Origin: Burkholderiales bacterium
Lineage (GTDB): Bacteria; Pseudomonadota; Gammaproteobacteria; Burkholderiales; SG8-39
Direction: 5' to 3'
Length of the DNA: 64,000 bases
NCBI GenBank assembly: GCA_036560705.1
Contig: DATBQR010000054.1
Location: 9,711-73,710 of the forward strand
This document shows positions 60,254 to 64,000 of this stretch, one piece after another. A model generated the notes under the pieces. It had not been told where the DNA came from, ran no database searches, and saw nothing but the letters and a program-made list of their open reading frames with translations. A program made the translations under genes and the position numbers. Positions within the stretch are counted from its first letter, which is position 1; every line of letters begins with the position of its first letter.

Positions 60254-60289
60254 AAAATCGGGGTCAGAGCCCGATTTCCCCGGCCTTTC

Positions 60290-60529
60290 TCAATGGTTCG
60301 GCGCGATCACCTGGATGTGGTCGCGGCTGACGTTGAGGAACGGCGCCGACATCAGCTGGCGGCCGCCCACCTCCAGCTCCCACACCTCCGCATCCGTGAC
60401 CGCGATGAACTGCTTGGCCTCGGCCATGTAGTCCGTGACCCGCGCGCCGGGGATCAGGTCGATATAGCCCTTGATGCGGTATGCGCCGGTGAAAATCGTC
60501 ACTTTGGTTCTCATCTCTTCGGCTGGCAT
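60290..60529 (-). CDS. hypothetical small protein (79 aa)
   Basis: A clean ORF in a tight co-directional gene string. The pattern VTIFTGAYRIKGYIDLIPGARVTDYM recalls small beta-rich conserved hypotheticals, but no assignable family. Confidence 0.45.
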   Translation of the reverse strand: MPAEEMRTKVTIFTGAYRIKGYIDLIPGARVTDYMAEAKQFIAVTDAEVWELEVGGRQLMSAPFLNVSRDHIQVIAPNH

Positions 60530-60556
60530 CGTCTGCTCCCGGATTGAGTGATTCGA

Positions 60557-60883
60557 CTAGGCAAGAAGAGCTTTGCACGTGCCCTGCCCGATGCCGGGCA
60601 CGACCCAGGAACCGCTGCCGTCGGCTCCGATGTGAAGCGAGACCTGCACCTTTCGCGTGACCTGGAACGCAAACGTATAGCCGTCCGTTCTCGAGGCAAC
60701 CGTCGCCGAGAATTTCGCGTTCCTTTGCCGGCGGACGAATGACGCCAGCTCGGAAATATTCGGCAGCGGCAGGCTCATGAGAACGACTTCGCGCTGGCCC
60801 AGCGTGGAAAGCGGGTCGGCACCTGCTGCTACAAGGTAGCCGACATCCGTTTCGCCGGAATCCCGCAGCACGATGGTGGGCAT
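60557..60883 (-). CDS. hypothetical protein (108 aa)
   Basis: Internal ATG start. GC is somewhat lower than in the flanks. No recognisable motif. Confidence 0.4.
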   Translation of the reverse strand: MPTIVLRDSGETDVGYLVAAGADPLSTLGQREVVLMSLPLPNISELASFVRRQRNAKFSATVASRTDGYTFAFQVTRKVQVSLHIGADGSGSWVVPGIGQGTCKALLA

Positions 60884-60930
60884 GGCGAGAAGCCTAACAC
60901 TCGAGATGCCCGAGGTCGTGGACGAGAACT

Positions 60931-61317
60931 TCAGCTCCCGGCATGGTGCGCCACCGCGATGACGACAGGAAGAACCAGTTCCGGGATGAGGTAGCCCAGC
61001 CACACCGCCGCCGGTTTGGGGAGACCGACCTTGCCGATGGACACCAGCCTCCCGACGCCGGCGAGAAAAACACCCATGGCCAGCAGGTAGACCAGGAAGC
61101 CCTGCTGGCGGATAGTGAGCGCAGCCCAAAAACTGATGACGCCCGTGGAGAAGTACACGCCGGCCATGAAACGATGGACATTATCCAGGCGTGGGGAAGT
61201 GTCGGGCTGGCCCAGGTACATCTGCAGCGCGCCGCCGAACATTGCGATGGCCGCGACCATGAACAGGCAGACCTGTACGACGACCTGGCTCGCGAGCAGC
61301 GGTGTTTCAGGAATCAC
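60931..61317 (-). CDS. small four-TM membrane protein (DUF4345-like)
   Basis: GTG start preceded by AAGGAG. 128 aa with four hydrophobic helices. This is the tail of track ORF 60931..62820. Confidence 0.55.
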   Translation of the reverse strand: MIPETPLLASQVVVQVCLFMVAAIAMFGGALQMYLGQPDTSPRLDNVHRFMAGVYFSTGVISFWAALTIRQQGFLVYLLAMGVFLAGVGRLVSIGKVGLPKPAAVWLGYLIPELVLPVVIAVAHHAGS

Positions 61318-61340
61318 GACTTGTCTCCTTGACGGCTCGA

Positions 61341-62569
61341 CTAGATGATCAGTCCCACGGTCGCGGCCGTCAGGCAGGTCGCCAGCGTTCCCGCGACGAT
61401 GGATTTCATTCCCAGCGAGACGATCTCGGCGCGCCGCTCGGGGCACATGGTGCTCATGCCGCCGATCATGATGCCAAGGCTGCCGAAGTTGGCGAAGCCG
61501 CACAGCGCGTAGGTCATCAGCAGCCGGCTGCGCTCGGAGAGGGACGGCATGTTGGCCATGTCGATGTAGGCGACCAGTTCGTTGAGGACGGTCTTGGTGC
61601 CGAGGAGCATGCCGCCCACGTGCGCCTCGGCCCAGGGCACGCCGGCGAGCCAGGCAAGCGGCGCGAGCGCCCAGCCGAGGATTCCCTGCAGGGTGTAGGG
61701 AGCGCCGCCCCCGTGGGGCAGCCACGCGAGCGCCAGGTTGACGAGCGTCACCAGCGCGACGAACACCACGAGCATGGCGACGATGTTGATGAGCAGTTGC
61801 GCGCCGCCGAGCGTGCCTTGCGTCAGCGCGTCCATGCTGCTGGTGGCGTCCGATTTCAAATCCAGATCGCCGCCGGTCGCCGCGCCCGCTGGCGGCACCA
61901 TGACGAAAGCGACCACCAGCGCCGCGGGCGCCGAGACGATGGAGGCGATCAGCAGGTGCGCCACCGCGTCCGGAATGATCCTGCCGAGGATGCTGGCGTA
62001 GAGGAACAGCACGGTGCCGGCGATCGAAGCCATGCCGCCCACCATGATGGCGAACAGCTCGCCGCGCGAGACGCGCCCGAGATAAGGCCGTACGAACAGC
62101 GGCGCCTCGACCATGCCGACGAAAACATTGGCCGCCGTGGACAGGCCGACCACGCCGCCGACGCGCATGACGCGCTCCAGCAGCCAGGAGATGATCCGCA
62201 CCACCCGCTGCAGCACGCCCCAGTGGAACAGCAGCGCCGACAGCGCGCTGATCACCAGTACGATCGGCAGCGCGCGGAAGGCGAGGATGAAAGTCGCATT
62301 CGCGTCGGTGACGGCGAAGGGCGCCGCGCCGCCGCCCAGGTAGCCGAACACCAGCGCGGTGCCCGCCTGGGTGGCCTTCTCTATGGAAGACAGCAATTCG
62401 TTGAGATAGAAAAACGCGTCCTTGGCGAACGGCAGCTTGAGCAGCAGCAGCGCGAGCAGGAACTGCAGCAGCAGGCCCGCCCAGATGGCGCGCCAGGGAA
62501 CCTCTTTGCGCTTTTCGCTGAAAACCCAGGCCAGCAGCAGGAGTCCGGCAATTCCTGCCAGACCCTGAA

Positions 62570-62573
<4 letters not shown>
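61341..62573 (-). CDS. nupC: NupC/CNT-family nucleoside transporter
   Basis: 410 aa. VFGYLGGG, AANVFVGMVEAPL and GFANFGSLGI are concentrative nucleoside transporter motifs. The GTG start overlaps the pyrF stop (GTGA). Confidence 0.82.
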
Positions 62574-63890
<1,317 letters not shown>

Positions 63891-63904
63891 AAACCCCTCC
63901 AAGC

Positions 63905-64000
63905 CTGCGCCTGCTGCAATTGGCTGCCTCGGCCGCTTTGCTCTCGCTGATTGCCCTGTGCCTGGCGTGGGAGCTATGGCTCGCGCCGCTGCGGCCGGGC
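63905..64000 (+). CDS. 5' fragment of a membrane protein (DUF2069-like), runs off window
   Basis: The open frame reads LRLLQLAASAALLSLIALCLAWELWLAPLRPG. The start codon is unclear (no in-frame ATG/GTG after the stop at 63863). A small membrane protein often follows wrbA. Confidence 0.3.
   Translation, partial: MRLLQLAASAALLSLIALCLAWELWLAPLRPG

Overview
Gene-dense, high-GC (roughly two-thirds G+C by eye) proteobacterial chromosomal segment. It holds about 75 protein genes, many translationally coupled through ATGA/GTGA stop-start overlaps. I found no rRNA, tRNA, CRISPR array, IS element or integrase. Layout: (1) 1-6.7 kb, dicarboxylate/glutaryl-CoA catabolism (3-hydroxyacyl-CoA dehydrogenase, thiolase, TRAP transporter, gcdH). 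(2) 6.7-12.1 kb, MFS and VIT transporters, a lower-GC islet (GrpB, a GDCCVxC Cys-rich protein, a 46-aa Cys-rich ORF) and two tandem signal-peptide-bearing YqgE/AlgH paralogues. (3) clpB with a near-consensus sigma32 promoter, divergent from an orphan egtB. (4) 16-29.5 kb, an oxyanion and Mo/W-cofactor supercluster on one strand: arsR-arsC-aqpS, AhpD-like plus radical-SAM ArsS, then mobB-moeA-moaD-moaE-crcB. It is followed by tupABC, a ModE-like HTH, modABC, moaA and fdhD. (5) 32.9-42.9 kb, ccmABCDEFGHI running on into mobA, a second moeA, a CDO-like cupin and ctaA. (6) rmuC, a BNR-repeat protein, ybbP-ybbA/tesA and a Spy-like protein. (7) 50.9-55.6 kb, a selenium island: selD, an EgtB-like SenA, a divergent SenB-type glycosyltransferase, an unknown secreted protein and selU. 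This is the most interesting system in the window and looks like a selenoneine-type organoselenium pathway. (8) A 1.1-kb DUF1801 plus toxin-antitoxin islet flanked by inverted REP-like hairpins. (9) FAD monooxygenase, HDAC-like amidohydrolase, orphan MoxR, pyrF-nupC plus three small unknown genes, wrbA. A window-wide oddity is the short in-frame AT-rich micro-islands found inside many otherwise GC-rich genes. All functional calls come from reading the translated ORFs for family motifs and from gene context. No database search was run.
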